From Candidatus Nomurabacteria bacterium (lineage in GTDB: Bacteria; Patescibacteriota; Minisyncoccia; Phycocordibacterales; SBAW01): 64,000 nt of DNA. A model generated the notes under the pieces. It was not told where the DNA came from. It searched no databases and saw nothing but the letters and a program-made list of their open reading frames with translations. The stretch is taken from NCBI GenBank assembly GCA_943356495.1, contig CALRFF010000001.1, positions 193,012 to 257,011 of the forward strand. Direction: 5' to 3'. Made by a program: the position numbers and the translations under genes. This document shows positions 1-10,243 of this stretch, piece by piece (within the stretch, counting starts at the first letter, position 1; each line of letters begins with the position of its first letter).

Positions 1-1
1 G

Positions 2-1738
2 ATGCGCGACATACCGGAGCATACGCCCATGCTCAACGGCGACGAAAAACCTATCCCCCCGCTTGAGCCGGGCAACATACGCATTATCCCGCTTGGCGGC
101 GTCGAGGAAATCGGCCGCAATATGACCATGATCGAGTTTGGCGACGATATTATTATCGTCGACTGCGGGTTCCAGTTCCGCGAGGATGACACCCCGGGCA
201 TCGACTATATTTTGCCCAACACCAAGTACCTCGAGGAACGTCGTGAGAAGATACGCGGACTGTTTATCACCCACGGCCACCTCGACCACATCGGTGCTAT
301 CCCGTACGTTATCGACCGGATCGGCTACCCGCCGGTCTACACACGCGGCCTCACCGCGGTTATGATCCGCAAGCGCCAAGAGGAGTTTCCTAACCTCAAG
401 CCGCTCGACATCCACGAGGTAGAAAAGGATGACACCGTTAAGGCGGGCAACATCCGCGTACGCTTCTTTTCCGTGTACCACACTATCCCCGACTCGATGG
501 GTATTGTTATCGAAACGCCCTACGGCGACTTGGTGTTTACCGGCGACCTGCGCCTCGACCACGAAGACGGCGTACCGTCCGAAACCGAAGAAAAAGAATT
601 TTCGTGGTTTGCCGACCGCAAAGTGCTGTTTTTGGCGGCCGACTCGACTAACGTCGAGCGTCCGGGCTTTTCGCTCCCTGAGCGCGTGGTCAAAAAGAAT
701 CTCGACGAAATTATCGCCACCACACCGGGGCGGCTTATTATCGGCACCTTTTCCTCGCAGCTCGAGCGCTTGATGCGCATGATAGAGCAGGCCGAGCGCG
801 TGGGGCGTAAAATCCTTGTCGAGGGCCGCTCGATGAAGGTCAACATCGAGATCGTTAAACATTTGGGGATGCTCAAGGTAAGCGAAAAAACGTTTATCGA
901 CGCCGCACAACTGGAGCACCTGCCCGACAACAAAGTGATGGTGCTCGCAACGGGTGCGCAAGGCGACGAGTTTGCCGCGCTTATGCGCGTCGCCATGAAG
1001 ACACATAAAAACGTAAAGATAAAAAAGGGCGACACGGTCGTGCTGTCCTCCTCGGTCATTCCGGGCAACGAGCGCAGTGTGCAAAAACTTAAAGACAACC
1101 TCTCGCGTCAAGGCGCAAAGCTTATCCATCGCGACACTATGGACGTCCATGCCTCGGGCCACGCCAACCGCGACGAGACGTTTTGGATCCACCAAAAAAT
1201 CAACCCGCGGTTCTTTATGCCGCTCCACGGCTATCACTACATGTTGCGCGTGCACGCCGACATCGCCAAAGCCTGCGGCCGCAGCGAAGACGAGATTGTT
1301 ATCCCCGACAACGGCACCATTATCGAAATTGTTGACGAAGGCCAGCGCATTATCCGTCGTAAAGAAAGTGCGCCCAACTCCTTGCGTTTGGTAGACGGCT
1401 TCTCTATCGGCGACATCCAAGAGGTGGTTATCCGCGACCGCACCGTACTCTCGGCCGAAGGTATGTTTGTCATCATCGCCACCGTCAACCCGCGCACCGG
1501 CAAACTGCGCAAGTCACCCGACATTATCTCCCGCGGCTTTGTATACCTGCGCGAAAATCAGGAGTTGCTCCAGCAAGCGCGCATCATCGTTAAAAAGACC
1601 ATCGAGGACAGCGCTAAGGGGCAAAATCCGGTCAACTTCGACTTTGTTAAAAACAACGTCACCGACGCAGTGGCCCGATTCCTCTTCGAAAAGACAAACA
1701 AACGCCCGATTGTCATACCTGTAGTCTTGGGCGTGTAA
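2..1738 (+). CDS. rnj: Ribonuclease J (probably 5'-truncated by window edge)
   Basis: Motifs PLGGVEEIGRNM, metallo-beta-lactamase THGHLDHIG, ATGAQG and HASGH, plus C-terminal RPIVIPVV. Confidence 0.96.
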   Translation: MRDIPEHTPMLNGDEKPIPPLEPGNIRIIPLGGVEEIGRNMTMIEFGDDIIIVDCGFQFREDDTPGIDYILPNTKYLEERREKIRGLFITHGHLDHIGAIPYVIDRIGYPPVYTRGLTAVMIRKRQEEFPNLKPLDIHEVEKDDTVKAGNIRVRFFSVYHTIPDSMGIVIETPYGDLVFTGDLRLDHEDGVPSETEEKEFSWFADRKVLFLAADSTNVERPGFSLPERVVKKNLDEIIATTPGRLIIGTFSSQLERLMRMIEQAERVGRKILVEGRSMKVNIEIVKHLGMLKVSEKTFIDAAQLEHLPDNKVMVLATGAQGDEFAALMRVAMKTHKNVKIKKGDTVVLSSSVIPGNERSVQKLKDNLSRQGAKLIHRDTMDVHASGHANRDETFWIHQKINPRFFMPLHGYHYMLRVHADIAKACGRSEDEIVIPDNGTIIEIVDEGQRIIRRKESAPNSLRLVDGFSIGDIQEVVIRDRTVLSAEGMFVIIATVNPRTGKLRKSPDIISRGFVYLRENQELLQQARIIVKKTIEDSAKGQNPVNFDFVKNNVTDAVARFLFEKTNKRPIVIPVVLGV

Positions 1739-1814
1739 CTTGTGCGCAACACGCGTTGTTAAAACTAGCAGATGCGTTATAGTGGCGCGCAGATGTGCAT
1801 TAAGGGAGAAGGTA

Positions 1815-1985
1815 ATGACCGACCAAACGAAGCCTGACTACAGCCAATTTGACGAGAAAGATCCCGTCGACCGCGTGCTCTTCGATCGCATGCACCGCGG
1901 CCAAGCCAAGCGGCCGGACGCTATGCAACTGCAAAAGCTCCGCCTGATTTCCGACGGATCAGACCCTCAGCTTGCAGACGCCTGA
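1815..1985 (+). CDS. Small hypothetical protein or truncated gene remnant
   Basis: ATG at 1815 after purine-rich AGGGAGAAGG; last 65 nt overlap the mutY 3' end convergently. Confidence 0.3.
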   Translation: MTDQTKPDYSQFDEKDPVDRVLFDRMHRGQAKRPDAMQLQKLRLISDGSDPQLADA

Positions 1986-2709
1986 GCTCGCGCTCTACCT
2001 CTCCCTTTGTTCTTGGGGAGAGGTTTTTTATTAGCCCCAAAAGCGTTGCGGGCTTTTTGAGCAGCTCGCGCAGTATGGCGCCGCGCAGCTGGCGCGCCGA
2101 ACCCTCAAACTTGGATTGCTTGGTGTAATGCTTGCTTTGCTTGTTTAGTTGTATCCCCTGCTTTTTTAAGTACGAGCCGTAGTCCATCAACGCCGCATAA
2201 AACTCCCGCGGCTCCATTTTACTTTTTTTGAGCGCCGCTTCCACCATCGGCAGTACTTCCTGATCAGAAAGACTACAATAATCGCTAGTCTTTTTCATGT
2301 GGTGAAAGAAGACGGTGCGGATATTTGTCTCGACAAAAACCTCCGGTTTGTTAAACGCAAAGGCGGCTACGGCGCGCGCCGTGTAGTGCCCCACGCCGGG
2401 CAAGTCTTCCAAGTCGGCGGGCCAGCCGTGTGTCGCTATCACTTTTGCCGCCTCGTGCAAAAATTTGGCGCGGCGGTTGTAGCCTAAGCCCTGCCACGCT
2501 TTGAGCACACGGTTAAGCGGCGCTTTGGCGAGCGCCGCGGGCGTCGGGAACATTTTGATAAACCGGTTATAAAACGGCACCACCCGCTCGACCTGCGTCT
2601 GTTGGAGCATCAACTCGGAGACGAGTATTTTGTACGGGTCGCGTGTGTTGCGCCACAGCAAATGAGCGCGGCCCTCTTTTTTATAAAAAGCTTTAAGCTC
2701 TCGGAGCAT
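1921..2709 (-). CDS. mutY: A/G-specific adenine glycosylase (short MutY, no FeS or NUDIX domain evident)
   Basis: WRNTRDPYKILVSELMLQQTQV, WQGLGYNRRA, HhH motif LPGVGHYTA, ALMDYG, QSKFEGSARQLRG. Confidence 0.9.
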   Translation of the reverse strand: MLRELKAFYKKEGRAHLLWRNTRDPYKILVSELMLQQTQVERVVPFYNRFIKMFPTPAALAKAPLNRVLKAWQGLGYNRRAKFLHEAAKVIATHGWPADLEDLPGVGHYTARAVAAFAFNKPEVFVETNIRTVFFHHMKKTSDYCSLSDQEVLPMVEAALKKSKMEPREFYAALMDYGSYLKKQGIQLNKQSKHYTKQSKFEGSARQLRGAILRELLKKPATLLGLIKNLSPRTKGEVERELRRLQAEGLIRRKSGGAFAVA

Positions 2710-2723
2710 GTGGGCATGATATC

Positions 2724-2751
2724 AAAAATCCCCGCCGAAGCGGGGATTTTT
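2724..2751. terminator. Bidirectional intrinsic terminator
   Basis: AAAAATCCCCGC-CGAA-GCGGGGATTTTT perfect stem with A/T tails, downstream of the RRM gene. Confidence 0.85.
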
Positions 2752-2767
2752 GCAGAGAGCCTGAGCT

Positions 2768-3019
2768 TTAAGCTTTCGGGCGAGCCTCCGAGACCGTGAG
2801 CATGCGGCCGCCGAACTCCTTGCCATTCCACATGGCAATTGCGTTCTGAATGCCGGCATCATCGGTCATCTCTACGAAGCCGAAGCCACGGGAGCGACCG
2901 GTCTCGCGATCAGTGACGACCGAAGCCGAGGTGACCTCGCCAGCTTTGGCAAAGGCATCGCGGAGCTCGTCACCCGTCGTGCGGTACGGAAGACCGCCGA
3001 CAAAGAGTTTGAGTGCCAT
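2768..3019 (-). CDS. RRM-domain RNA-binding protein
   Basis: RNP2 KLFVGGL and RNP1 RGFGFVEM. Confidence 0.95.
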   Translation of the reverse strand: MALKLFVGGLPYRTTGDELRDAFAKAGEVTSASVVTDRETGRSRGFGFVEMTDDAGIQNAIAMWNGKEFGGRMLTVSEARPKA

Positions 3020-3117
3020 AATTACGAGAAAGTTGTTACTACGTCCTTCGTAAGGCGACCACTCCTACCGCCAGACGGCACAAGGAGAACTTACTACTGA
3101 ACGAAAATACTCTAGCA

Positions 3118-3759
3118 CTAGTACGCAGGCTCTGCAACCACCACCAAGCGCTGGTCAAACTGATGTTCCGAGGTAACCCACTCCCCCGCGCAAGTAATAA
3201 GCACAAGCTGCGAAGGGCCTGTTTTGGCAAAAATTTGTTCGACCGGAGCGGCGTTGGTGGCATACGATTGGCTTGTAGCCACACGATATACCAGCGTTTT
3301 ACCGTTTTGGTCGGCGACCGTTATATAGTCGCCCTTTTTAAGTTTAGAAAGATGCTGGAAGACCCCCGCAGTCGTGAGCGCGTTGTCCACATGACCGGCA
3401 AACACAGCGTGCCCGGCGGCGCCGGGCTTAGACCCGAGCCCATACCACGCCACATTGCTAAAACCGGTCGGGGTACCCATGGTGCCGTCGGCTTTTTGGC
3501 CCACGTGCTCAACCGGCGCATCAACACTGATTGCCGGTATGCGCAAACGCGCGGGCACCAACACCGAGCTGGTAGCCACGGTGCCGAGCACCGACGGATC
3601 AATAATACTGATAGCGGGGCCAAAGGCCGTAACCGCGGCCGAGTCACCGAGCGTGGCGTGCGCCAAACGGGTTGTAACATCGGCCAAGCCGACGACTACC
3701 ACCGCCACACCGACGCAGGCAAGCGCAAAGCGCACGCGCGTCTCGCGGGTGTACGACAT
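3118..3759 (-). CDS. Class F sortase
   Basis: N-terminal TM, PARLRIPAI, VFAGHVD (His), LVLITC (Cys), RLVV (Arg); start chosen at MSYTRE. Confidence 0.9.
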   Translation of the reverse strand: MSYTRETRVRFALACVGVAVVVVGLADVTTRLAHATLGDSAAVTAFGPAISIIDPSVLGTVATSSVLVPARLRIPAISVDAPVEHVGQKADGTMGTPTGFSNVAWYGLGSKPGAAGHAVFAGHVDNALTTAGVFQHLSKLKKGDYITVADQNGKTLVYRVATSQSYATNAAPVEQIFAKTGPSQLVLITCAGEWVTSEHQFDQRLVVVAEPAY

Positions 3760-3775
3760 CAGAAGGATGCCTGAT

Positions 3776-4654
3776 TTAGCGGGAGAGAGCAGTAACGGTT
3801 TTTCGGACATACGGGCTAAGCATAAGGCCGGCGGTAATAAGAAGCACGGTCGCAAACGCTATGCCGGTCGAGATGTCCTTGGGGCCAAAGCCGGTAGACG
3901 GCAAGCGCGGGTAAACGACCGAGGTGTAGGAAGGCTGAGTATTGTAGGCGCCGTATGCGTAGCCGGTGTAGCCCGGAGTCGTGTACGCCGGAGGATTGAT
4001 GGGATTGACCGGCGCGTAGTTGGTGTTGACGGTTATGACGCACGATGCGGTTTGCGATGCGTTAGTAACCGTAACCGTGTGTACGCCGCTGGCCTGAAAC
4101 GCGGTGGTGAGTGTCGGACCGACGTTGGGGTAGTTTTGGTAGGCGGTTGCCCAATTGTACGTACCACCGGCACCGCCGATGGCGTTAAAGCTTGCCTGCT
4201 GGCCCAAGCCCACAGTCGGAGTAAGGGTCTGGCACGTCAACGGCTGGTAGCTCTGATACGGAAACAAAGTCGGGTACGGATTGTAGCTGCCGTAAGACGG
4301 CGTCATCGTGATAACGCAGGTCTGCGACTGGTTAGCAAGCATGGTGCTGTTGCAGCCGACCGAGTAGGACGGTATAAAACCCGGCACCGTGTTGGTAACG
4401 GTAACGTTGTAGACGCCCGGGTTGAGCGTTACGGCCGTGCCGCTCTGCGAGCCGGGAAAATTGTTAAGGCTCGGAGAAACGCCGGAGACAGCAACCGTAA
4501 AGTTACTCGGCGTGTACTGCTGATAATTGACGCCGTTTTGGGTCAATACCTGTACGTATACGGTAAGGAGACCGTTAGAAGCGGTCTGGGCAAAGGCAAC
4601 GTACGGGATAAGGACACCGAGTGCTACCGCGAAAGAAATAACAAACTTCTTCAT
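3776..4654 (-). CDS. Secreted surface protein with LPxTG-like sorting signal
   Basis: Signal peptide, beta-rich T/N/Y-rich body, C-terminal LPSTG followed by hydrophobic helix and basic tail; adjacent to sortase. Confidence 0.8.
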   Translation of the reverse strand: MKKFVISFAVALGVLIPYVAFAQTASNGLLTVYVQVLTQNGVNYQQYTPSNFTVAVSGVSPSLNNFPGSQSGTAVTLNPGVYNVTVTNTVPGFIPSYSVGCNSTMLANQSQTCVITMTPSYGSYNPYPTLFPYQSYQPLTCQTLTPTVGLGQQASFNAIGGAGGTYNWATAYQNYPNVGPTLTTAFQASGVHTVTVTNASQTASCVITVNTNYAPVNPINPPAYTTPGYTGYAYGAYNTQPSYTSVVYPRLPSTGFGPKDISTGIAFATVLLITAGLMLSPYVRKTVTALSR

Positions 4655-4738
4655 AAAATGGCTTTAAATAAGGCTTTATAACTGATTAATACGACCCCCT
4701 TTCGTTACTCTGGGGCCATCGTACAACAATTTTGTCAA

Positions 4739-5545
4739 CTATGCAAGGAGGACGGATTGCACTGATACTTCCTTATGAGGCTCAGGTTCTGCATGAGGCA
4801 CAAACGTAGTAACGGCAAACATCACCAACATTCCTGCAAAAAACCACAGCAGGTGTAAAGCATAATGTCTTGGGTTCTTTGCGTCCCTTATAGAATGAGG
4901 AATAAGGTCATGAAGCAGCACTACCAAAATGCCGCCTGCCGCTATGCCGAGCAACGGACCCTCAAGCATTTCAAACGCACCAAGTAAAAAATATCCGCCG
5001 ACCGCACCTATGAGTATCGTAGAGGACACTAGGAAGTTGACCCCGAGCGCTTTTTTTATCGAATAGCCCGCATCACGCAGCACAAAAAATTCTGATATTT
5101 CCTGCAGAGCCTCATGCACAAAAATACTAATACCCGCCGTAGCTGCCAATGCCGGTGACACCGCGTACGAAGCCGCAAGGAAAATACCGTCAGCCGCATT
5201 ATGAATACCGTCGGTTAAGAGCATGCGGCGGGCGTCAAGAGGTTGGTGATGCTCACCTTCCTCGTGTGCATGCACGTGCACGTGCGAACTGGGCAATATT
5301 TTAAATATAAGCCAAATGCCGACAGCCCCGACAAGAAGCCATGGTAACCCGTAGGCAAGTCCGCCCGCATGCTCCACCGCCTCAGTAGCAAGGCCGTATA
5401 AAAAAACAAGGAATACCCCCGAGCTAAAGCTCACCAGGTAGTCCAATTTTTTTTCAATAAACGATCCTACCCTGTTCCATACTGTAAACACCCCTACCAA
5501 AGAAGCGCACATGATAAGTAACGAAAGACCGAGAAGTTCTATCAT
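4739..5545 (-). CDS. ZIP family metal (zinc) transporter
   Basis: His-rich loop HVHVHAH, DGIHNAADG, HEALQEISEF, multiple TMs. Confidence 0.92.
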   Translation of the reverse strand: MIELLGLSLLIMCASLVGVFTVWNRVGSFIEKKLDYLVSFSSGVFLVFLYGLATEAVEHAGGLAYGLPWLLVGAVGIWLIFKILPSSHVHVHAHEEGEHHQPLDARRMLLTDGIHNAADGIFLAASYAVSPALAATAGISIFVHEALQEISEFFVLRDAGYSIKKALGVNFLVSSTILIGAVGGYFLLGAFEMLEGPLLGIAAGGILVVLLHDLIPHSIRDAKNPRHYALHLLWFFAGMLVMFAVTTFVPHAEPEPHKEVSVQSVLLA

Positions 5546-5549
5546 AAAG

Positions 5550-5852
5550 TTAGCAGGCGCGGCACAACTGATTAAAACCGCACTCGGTGCAGGTCATATG
5601 GTGATGGTGCGGACGACCCGCATATTCGTAATAGGCCACTCTGCCTTTGTTCCCCTGCCGCACCAAACCGGCTGCCGCAAGCGCACGCAGAGTGCGGTAC
5701 AACGTTACCGTATTACTGCGCACCGATGGCTGTAGTTGAGCGACCGACAGCGGCCGGCGGGATTTCTCGAGCGCAGCAAGAAGCGCCAAACGCCCGGGCG
5801 TCGCCCGGGAACCTGCCGCGCGCAGCTCTTCTTTACAGTCATGCTTTTGCAT
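5550..5852 (-). CDS. Fur-family regulator (probable Zur)
   Basis: RATPGRLALL, VTLYRTL, HHHHMTCTEC and terminal CRAC; next to ZIP transporter. Confidence 0.88.
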   Translation of the reverse strand: MQKHDCKEELRAAGSRATPGRLALLAALEKSRRPLSVAQLQPSVRSNTVTLYRTLRALAAAGLVRQGNKGRVAYYEYAGRPHHHHMTCTECGFNQLCRAC

Positions 5853-5873
5853 GGAGTTGAGTATATAGCAAAC

Positions 5874-5886
5874 GCAAATTAGTTGC
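5874..5886. promoter_or_regulatory. Candidate Fur/Zur operator
   Basis: GCAA-ATTAG-TTGC inverted repeat ~20 nt upstream of the Fur-family gene. Confidence 0.5.
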
Positions 5887-5927
5887 AAGTACTTGACTTG
5901 TGGACAATAGCGCTATAGCCTGTCCCT

Positions 5928-6410
5928 ATGAACAAAAGCAAATCAGTTGCGTTTATTGTACTGGGGATTATTGGAATCTGTGGCGCAGGGGCGGCGTATG
6001 CGGGACCTCTGTCACCGCCTACACTTGAAATAAGCGCGCCGGCACAACCCAAAGAAAGCTTGGCTATCCCAGGAGCGCAACGAGTACCCTTTACCACCAT
6101 ACAACTGCGGGCAGTCGGAGCGGACATTACCGTGCAAAGCATTACGGTCGTGCATACCGGCATTGCCGACGAAACGGTATACGACAGCATCGTGCTTCTC
6201 GATGAAAACGGCGACCTTATAGCAGATGACAAGCGGCTTAAAGAAGGGCAGGTAATTTTTGACGAACCGTTTGTGATTCCTAAAGGGGCGCTACGGACAT
6301 TGACCATTGGTGCCAATATGGCCGGAGACCTTGCCGAGTTTGAGGGGCAGCGGCCTGCCCTTACCATAACGGACGTTCGTGCTTACATCGTACAACCGGT
6401 CAGTCTTTAA
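5928..6410 (+). CDS. Hypothetical secreted protein
   Basis: Signal peptide then beta-rich domain. Confidence 0.7.
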   Translation: MNKSKSVAFIVLGIIGICGAGAAYAGPLSPPTLEISAPAQPKESLAIPGAQRVPFTTIQLRAVGADITVQSITVVHTGIADETVYDSIVLLDENGDLIADDKRLKEGQVIFDEPFVIPKGALRTLTIGANMAGDLAEFEGQRPALTITDVRAYIVQPVSL

Positions 6411-7525
6411 TGATGATGTACGGGTGCCCCTGGTTCGTGTTTTATGCGTCCCCACAAAAGATAGACCGCCACCAGTGTGGTGATAGGCACCGCTAAGATA
6501 AGTCCGATGGAACCGACCATCGTACGCACGATCTCGCTGGCAAAGAGCTCCTGATTGAGGGTCATTGCAGGGTTGGTGTTGCCGGAGATCTGGAGTAACA
6601 ACAAAAGCGGCAATGAGGCGCCGACGTAGGCGATAGCTAGCGTGTTAACCAGCGCGCCGATGTGCTCGCGCCCGATGCGCAAGCCGCGCGCATACAAATG
6701 CTTGCGCGAGTTAATACCGGCGCGCAGCAACTCCTCCACCGCAACAGCTTGCCCTATCGCCGCGTCGTAGAGTACGCCCAAGAGACCTATCATTATGCCC
6801 CCCAATAAAAGCCCGACGAAATCTATCGAGCCCGCAGTGCCGAAGTTTAGGTATGTTGTTTCCTCACTGGCAAAACCGGTCAGATGCGCCGCGTCTATCG
6901 ACCAAAAGGCGAACGCTCCGGTAATACCTATGGTAATCAGCATACCTACTACCGCGGCGCTCGTGGTCCGGTTAAACCCGTGTGTTACGTAGGAGCCTAA
7001 TACGATAATGAGTGCCGACACTCCCATCGACACCAGCACCGGGGAATAACCGTGCAGTATTCCAGGTAGCAGAAACACGCTGATAAAAAATAAACTGCCT
7101 ATCAGCGCCACAAGGCCGCGTATTCCCTGCATGCCACCAAAAATACAAATGCATGCGACAAAGAGCGCCACGATAAACAGAATCACCGGGAGTCTGTACG
7201 GTTCGCCTACGGACCATGTGTCTAGATGTTCGTCGACGTTTACGGTATGACGTAAGTACACTCGGTCCCCCGCTTTAAGCGGCCCGCGCTCGTTTTGGAG
7301 CGTCATGAGCTCCCCTTTGTGGGGACCTTCTAAGACTTGTAAAGAAAGAGTTTGCAGTGAGACCGTAGTAACGGTACCGGGGATGAGCTCGGTTTCAGTA
7401 CTTAATACCTTTTCGACCTTTGCCAGCTGAAACGAGACAGTATCCGCTATCAGGGTCTGGGCCGAGAGCGGTAAAGCGGCGCTCATCATGAGCGCCGCGA
7501 CTGCCATACCGAGGAGATGCGTCAT
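6407..7525 (-). CDS. YibE/F family membrane protein
   Basis: IGLLGVLYD, GREHIGALVNTLAIAYVGASLPLLLL, EIVRTMVGSIGLILAVPITT. Confidence 0.9.
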   Translation of the reverse strand: MTHLLGMAVAALMMSAALPLSAQTLIADTVSFQLAKVEKVLSTETELIPGTVTTVSLQTLSLQVLEGPHKGELMTLQNERGPLKAGDRVYLRHTVNVDEHLDTWSVGEPYRLPVILFIVALFVACICIFGGMQGIRGLVALIGSLFFISVFLLPGILHGYSPVLVSMGVSALIIVLGSYVTHGFNRTTSAAVVGMLITIGITGAFAFWSIDAAHLTGFASEETTYLNFGTAGSIDFVGLLLGGIMIGLLGVLYDAAIGQAVAVEELLRAGINSRKHLYARGLRIGREHIGALVNTLAIAYVGASLPLLLLLQISGNTNPAMTLNQELFASEIVRTMVGSIGLILAVPITTLVAVYLLWGRIKHEPGAPVHHH

Positions 7526-7546
7526 CTCCTTACTATACCAAGAAGC

Positions 7547-7951
7547 CTATTCGTCGTGCTCGAAGAGGTGCGCCAAGCGCAACTTCCCTGCTCCGCCGAG
7601 CGCAATACCGAAGGCAAGTACCATCAGCAAGAACTCAAGCTCGTGCGCCGGCCAGCCCGAGCCCACATCGGTCAGGTAAATAGCGGCGAGCATGACAAAG
7701 CCCAAGACCGCGCCCGCAACGCGCGCGCCGACGCCTGCGATAAGCATCACACCGCCGACAAGCTCGAGGAACATAACCAGCGCGGCCGTTCCCGGAGGCA
7801 AGTGCAATTTATTAGTAAAGAAGGCTTCGGTGCCGGCCATATTTTGCAACTTCATCAACCCGTGTGCAAAAAAGACCGACCCCGTACCGATGCGGATAAG
7901 TAAGAGCCCGAGCGAACGGCGATACCAAAAACGACTGATAGAGCGGAGCAT
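7547..7951 (-). CDS. DoxX family membrane protein
   Basis: LLLIRIGTGSVFFAHGLMKL, ELVGG, GAGKL. Confidence 0.88.
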   Translation of the reverse strand: MLRSISRFWYRRSLGLLLIRIGTGSVFFAHGLMKLQNMAGTEAFFTNKLHLPPGTAALVMFLELVGGVMLIAGVGARVAGAVLGFVMLAAIYLTDVGSGWPAHELEFLLMVLAFGIALGGAGKLRLAHLFEHDE

Positions 7952-7996
7952 AGAAAGGACAAATGACTAACGGTTAATACCTATAAGTATATAACC

Positions 7997-8022
7997 AAAG
8001 CCCCCGCCGGAGCGGGGGCTTT
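7997..8022. terminator. Intrinsic terminator
   Basis: AAAGCCCCCGC-CGGA-GCGGGGGCTTT. Confidence 0.75.
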
Positions 8023-8042
8023 GTGGACAGCGCAGAGCGCTG

Positions 8043-8600
8043 TTAGCCGTTGATGATCAAGCGGACTATGAGTTTGAAGTTCTTTTGCGCCGTAAGCAAG
8101 AACTCGTGTGCAGCTTTGAGATTTGCTTTGGCGGTGTCAAGAAGCGTGGCGTTGGTAGTTGTAGAGTTGGTGGTGTTTATTTGCGCGGCAACCGTAATCG
8201 CAGCGTTAGCCTGCGTCTTGGCGCCGGTAACCGCGGTGTTGTACGCGGCAAGTTTTACGTTAGCGTCGGCGGTCGACGAGGCGGTAAGGCCCGCGCCCGC
8301 GATGCGTGTGGCAAGCACCGGCGAAAGCGATGCCATAAAGTCGGCGGCTTTTACCGTGCGGGTAGCCTTGGCGGTAATAGTAGCCGCTGTAGTTGTGGCT
8401 TTACGCTCTTTTTTGTCATCATCATGACGGTCTTTGCGGTCGTTGTTGTGCTTTATATCGGCTTTAACCTCGGCAGTAAGGTTACCCTTGCCGATAAGCG
8501 AGCCCAAGCGCAGCCCGTTGTCGTTATGTGCCGATGCCGCAAACGGCAAAAGCAGCATAGCGGCCGCAGAACCTATAATCATTTTTTTAGTGAGTTTCAT
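8043..8600 (-). CDS. Hypothetical secreted Ala/Thr-rich helical protein
   Basis: Signal peptide ending in ASA, low-complexity helical body. Confidence 0.75.
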   Translation of the reverse strand: MKLTKKMIIGSAAAMLLLPFAASAHNDNGLRLGSLIGKGNLTAEVKADIKHNNDRKDRHDDDKKERKATTTAATITAKATRTVKAADFMASLSPVLATRIAGAGLTASSTADANVKLAAYNTAVTGAKTQANAAITVAAQINTTNSTTTNATLLDTAKANLKAAHEFLLTAQKNFKLIVRLIING

Positions 8601-8698
8601 ATGCAATATTTTATATGAGCGGGTAATTGCACCGCTTGTATGGGTGCACAGGAGGTGACGGCCGACCCTAAGCCGTCTTTCAGCACAAAAATATTAGG

Positions 8699-10243
8699 CT
8701 ACATATCGTCGGGTTCGACGAGACCAAGCCGCACAAGACGCGCGTTAATAGCGCCTTTTTGGCGGCCAAACTCTGTAACTAATGTAGACACAGTAGCATT
8801 ACCACGAAACAACTCGGTTAGGCGTGCGTCGTCGTCGGCCGACCACGGTTTGTAGGCGTTGGGGTGCTTTTGGCGCATCTTTTCCAGCCGGCTTGCGCCT
8901 TCGCCAGACGCCTTCTCCTTCTTAATTTCTTCAGGATCTTTACCGCCCACCGCAGTGACAAATTTTTTGTGCAGGACCGCAAGCTCGGCCGGAGGCATCT
9001 TTGCAAACGCGTCGCGTGCTGCGCCGGATAACTTTCTAAACTCTGCGTCACGCTCGAGTATCACGGGGTGCACCTCGAGCGCGCGCTGGTTAAATCCGCT
9101 GAGGTACAGCCCCGCGAGCGACCGCACGCGCGACAGCGCGACATACCCCTGCCCGTACTCAAACGCGCGGCTAAGGTCCATTACGGCGCTGTCTAAACTC
9201 ATACCCTGAGACTTGTGCACGGTAATAGCCCACGCCAAACGCAGCGGCACTTGAGTTATTTTGGCGAGCGTACGCGCACGATCATCTATCCGCCACTCTT
9301 CGGACGACGCTTCTATCACGCCGCCGTGGGTTGTAACCAGCGGATAACCGGCCTCGCTCCAACCGGTAACCGTGCCTAACGTGCCGTTAACATAGCCGTG
9401 CTCGAAGTTGTTGCGGGTAAACATCACCCACGCGCCTTCTTTAAGCGTTAAAATTTCGGGCGACAAGCACCCGCGCTTTAATCCCTCGACCAAGGGCTTA
9501 CTACCCTCGGTCTGCATAGTAAACACGCGCGCCGGTTTGCCTATCGTTGCAAGTGCCTCGCTGTTTATGTTGTCGACATCGGCGTTGTGTGGGTATAGGC
9601 GCGTTACTTGCGCACCAGTAGGTGCCGTGGCGCGGGCCTGCAGCATTTCGATATGTAGGGTGTCTATCTCGCCGGCGCGCAGTGCACCAAGAAGGCTCAA
9701 AAACGCATCGTCTTCTTGGCGGTGCTGCTCGCTAAGATAGCAGTACAGCGGGTTGGCGGCCTCCCACGCGGGCGACTCAAAGGCAAACTGCGCGGCCTCG
9801 CCTTTAGACACCGGCGGGAGTTGGAAAAAGTCCCCCACAAAAATAACTTGTAACCCGCCAAAAGGCCGTGCGCTCCCCCGCAACGTTTTAGTGGCCAAGT
9901 CGACCAGTGTTAGCAGGTGCGCGTCGAGCATCGACACTTCGTCGATAATAAGCACGTGGCTGTTGCGGACACGGCGCACCAAGCTTTCCCTCTCGAGCAG
10001 GGCCTCGAGGTCCCAGTCGGTTAGGTCGCGCCTAACTCCGATGCCGCTCCACGCGTGTATCGTCATACCGCCCACGTGTGTGGCGGCAATACCGGTCGAG
10101 GCGGTGATAGCAGGCTCTACCCCGCGCTCGCGCAGCCAGCTGATGTAGCGGTTAATAGTGTACGTCTTGCCGCTCCCAGGCTCGCCGGTTAAAAAGACAT
10201 TAGCTCCACTCTTTAAAATCTCTAACGCTTGCTCTTGAGTCAT
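8699..10243 (-). CDS. Pif1-family SF1B DNA helicase
   Basis: [63 protein letters not shown]. Confidence 0.93.
   Translation of the reverse strand: MTQEQALEILKSGANVFLTGEPGSGKTYTINRYISWLRERGVEPAITASTGIAATHVGGMTIHAWSGIGVRRDLTDWDLEALLERESLVRRVRNSHVLIIDEVSMLDAHLLTLVDLATKTLRGSARPFGGLQVIFVGDFFQLPPVSKGEAAQFAFESPAWEAANPLYCYLSEQHRQEDDAFLSLLGALRAGEIDTLHIEMLQARATAPTGAQVTRLYPHNADVDNINSEALATIGKPARVFTMQTEGSKPLVEGLKRGCLSPEILTLKEGAWVMFTRNNFEHGYVNGTLGTVTGWSEAGYPLVTTHGGVIEASSEEWRIDDRARTLAKITQVPLRLAWAITVHKSQGMSLDSAVMDLSRAFEYGQGYVALSRVRSLAGLYLSGFNQRALEVHPVILERDAEFRKLSGAARDAFAKMPPAELAVLHKKFVTAVGGKDPEEIKKEKASGEGASRLEKMRQKHPNAYKPWSADDDARLTELFRGNATVSTLVTEFGRQKGAINARLVRLGLVEPDDM

Noticed and set aside
3455-4681. 408-aa plus-strand ORF and other long antisense ORFs (e.g. 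19520-20515, 41922-42776, 44478-45281)
   Set aside because: Shadow frames of well-supported opposite-strand genes in GC-rich DNA, with no motifs.
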